A model generated the notes under the pieces. The model was not told the DNA's origin and did no database searches. It saw nothing but the letters and a program-made list of their open reading frames with translations. 64,000 bases of DNA from Amphiscolops sp. MND2022 (lineage: Eukaryota), in contig OZ076409.1 of the NCBI GenBank assembly GCA_964187785.1, positions 92,506,001-92,570,000 on the forward strand. Direction: 5' to 3'. Shown here piece by piece: positions 61,696-64,000 of this stretch. A program made the position numbers and the translations under genes. Numbering within the stretch: position 1 is the first letter of the stretch; every line of letters starts with the position of its first letter.

Positions 61696-64000
61696 TGTTA
61701 AGGGTGCCATGCTTCTGCTTGACTTCTCGGGCGACACAAAAACTGTTTCGTCGACGGGAGCCCCCCGAACAAGAGGGGTTTCCGGGGGCGGCTCCTTCTT
61801 GCGAGGACTGGGAGGGTACTTTGAGACCAGAGGAGCCGGGGGTTGACTGTTCAGGTGCAGGAATGTAAAAAACATATATTGTGTTTAAATATATTGAAAA
61901 TAAATAAATAAACTGTATTTATTTTTCGATTTGTACACAATACAGTATGATTATTGGTGCAACTTCAATTCGTCGAACATTCAAATAGTCGAAAAATGAA
62001 AAGCTATTTGACTCACGCTGCCGCCTGTGACGGAAATTGGTACTCAGTTGGATACAATCATGGCACTCTCCCTGGTACGCTGCCGATAAATTGAAGAGAA
62101 GGACTGTGTGTCCTGCAGCCATGAAGAAACAAACTACGAACTTATTTCACTGTAATTTATTTTCATATGTTTACTGTTCTGTTTTTGGCCTTAACGGCTT
62201 TAAGTCTAGAATTTTGTGTAGTAATTAACCGGAAATAGCATTGTTATATTTTGATGGTTTCAAAGTTGATTTCAATGTATTAGCGCATATATAGATTATA
62301 TGTTTGTATACGTTAGTTGAGAAATTGGACACCAAGGCGTACAGGCAGAGGAAACTAATTCAAATGTTTCCTCTCCTGTCCCACTAGACGCGCTGTCCGT
62401 CCAATTTCTCAGCCAATCACAGTGCACTATTCATTTATTCATTTTATGCCGTGCTTTAATTAAAGACTCAAGGGCTACATGCTGTCAATAAACGGCTGAG
62501 TGCTATCGAGTAACGACGCGTGGACATTGAGTCCAAATTTGAACAAAGATAATACTTGCAGTATTTATTAAAGTATACAAGCTGTACTAATTGTATTAGT
62601 CCGCTTTTTTGATGGGGACCATTGAATTGTTCGCTCTAATCATGATCAAGACTCAATGTCGATTATGCACATTTAGACATGTAGTGTTCAGCATATAAAC
62701 TGTTGCCGTTCAAATATAGTTGAAAGAAGTGTTTCGTTGTAACTACATGTACATGTTGGAGACCTTGAAAGGCACTTAGACTTATTGTCCTTCTATATAT
62801 AGAGTTGTTGGAGGTGCTTGCAGGTGAACTACCCCTTTGATGTAGTACTTTCGTCATGCTGCCTTCAAAGCTATAAATAGTAGGTGCTATTTATAGTTAC
62901 AACTCAGGTTATTTTTAGTATCATGACCTGAGGTATTTTGAGTGTCATGCAACTACTAGTTTATATACCACGGACCCTAAGTCCAAAGGACACAATTTGA
63001 CAAACCGCAATATTATCAGTTCACCATTTTTGATTATACTCAGATACAAAATATTAACCGTTTCGTTGTTAATAACTGGTTACTAGAATAATTTGAATAT
63101 TACCTCTAGTACAATCATTTATGCCTTCCACAAGTAGACAGAAAGCTAAGGCAAGAAAGTTTACAGACATGGACATGATGTCCGATATAGATAACTTGGA
63201 CGTAATGTTAGGTAATGGGAGTGAAAATCCTATTGAGAGAGAATTAGCAGATGCAATCGAACAGTCCTCTGTCCAAGGAGACTACGAGGGAAATGAGTAC
63301 CAAAGGAACAATTATAGCTTCGTACAAGAAAATGAGCCGATGAGACATAATGAAGTTAGACAGTCCTTTGAAACTTTTACAAATGAATTCAACCTTAGAT
63401 TGTCTCAAGAGATGGATTCCATGATGTTCATTGTCCATAACCAGATAAACAGAGCACTTAGCACTGCTATATCAGAAAGGGTGATCCCAGAAATCCAAAA
63501 CATTGTGAGTTGAATGTCATCTTCAGGGAACAGGGACATTTGTCCCCCGGGGGACTACTAGGGCCTAGTAGTCAGGAGAATAAGGAAAACTCATCTGGTT
63601 TGAAAACAAAAATATTGAAAAAGGACTTACGATCCGATGGTGATTTGAGAGACACCACAGGACGTGGCCCTTACATGGTGATAGGAGCTAACGAAGCCCA
63701 ACAGCAAATTCCCGAATTTCTCACTGGACGAATCCACTCAATCCCAAACCTGGAGAGACAGCAATCAAACCACAATGTCTCTCTGTTCACCACTCTGCCA
63801 GCCCCAGAAACAGTTGCTCCTGAGACCCCCCAGGACGCTTTGAACTGACTGGCAGACGTCTTGGTCAACTTGCTAAACAAACCACAAACGATGACTATCC
63901 GACCAGTTCAAACCACGCCAATGACGTTTGATGGAAAAAGCGAGAAATTTGATTTTTTTGAAGATTTGTTCCACACGATGATTAAAATGCAACCGGCCAT
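61696..64000 (+). mobile_element. 5' end of Gypsy element C (LTR ~61696-63675, PBS 63676), running off the window
   Basis: GGCCCTTACA|TGGTGATAGGAG junction parallels element B; candidate LTR start TGTTAAGGGTGCCA is uncertain. Confidence 0.7.
63121..64000 (+). pseudogene. gag: Degenerate gag of element C, starting inside the LTR
   Basis: MPSTSRQKAKARK start; stops at 63511 and 63846 and a frameshift; MTFDGKSEKFDFFEDLF motif. Confidence 0.75.

Overview
Eukaryotic, almost certainly animal, transposon-dense window with no recognisable host gene. Main contents: (1) a young, 5'-truncated CR1/L2-group LINE (11.6-14.6 kb). (2) A decayed tyrosine-recombinase (Crypton-like) gene (16.2-19.3 kb). (3) An old, degenerate Gypsy LTR element A (from 20422) with two near-identical local tandem duplications, plus related solo LTRs at 2300 and 7649. 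(4) A very young 12.9-kb Gypsy element B (38378-51255; 2096-bp LTRs, TCCAT TSD) whose gag-pol is internally deleted. (5) A Vingi/Ingi-like LINE present twice at the same target nucleotide, with 41-bp and ~850-bp flanking duplications. (6) The start of a third Gypsy element C. (7) Several MITEs and a 400-bp (CCA)n tract. The standout is element B: it carries an apparently intact, antisense, 8-exon/7-intron gene (predicted 1071 aa; BED-like zinc finger; resembles a catalytically dead hAT transposase). It also has a divergent sense ORF running into the 3' LTR and a gag ORF that starts inside the LTR. All assignments are from manual reading and motif recall; no searches were run.
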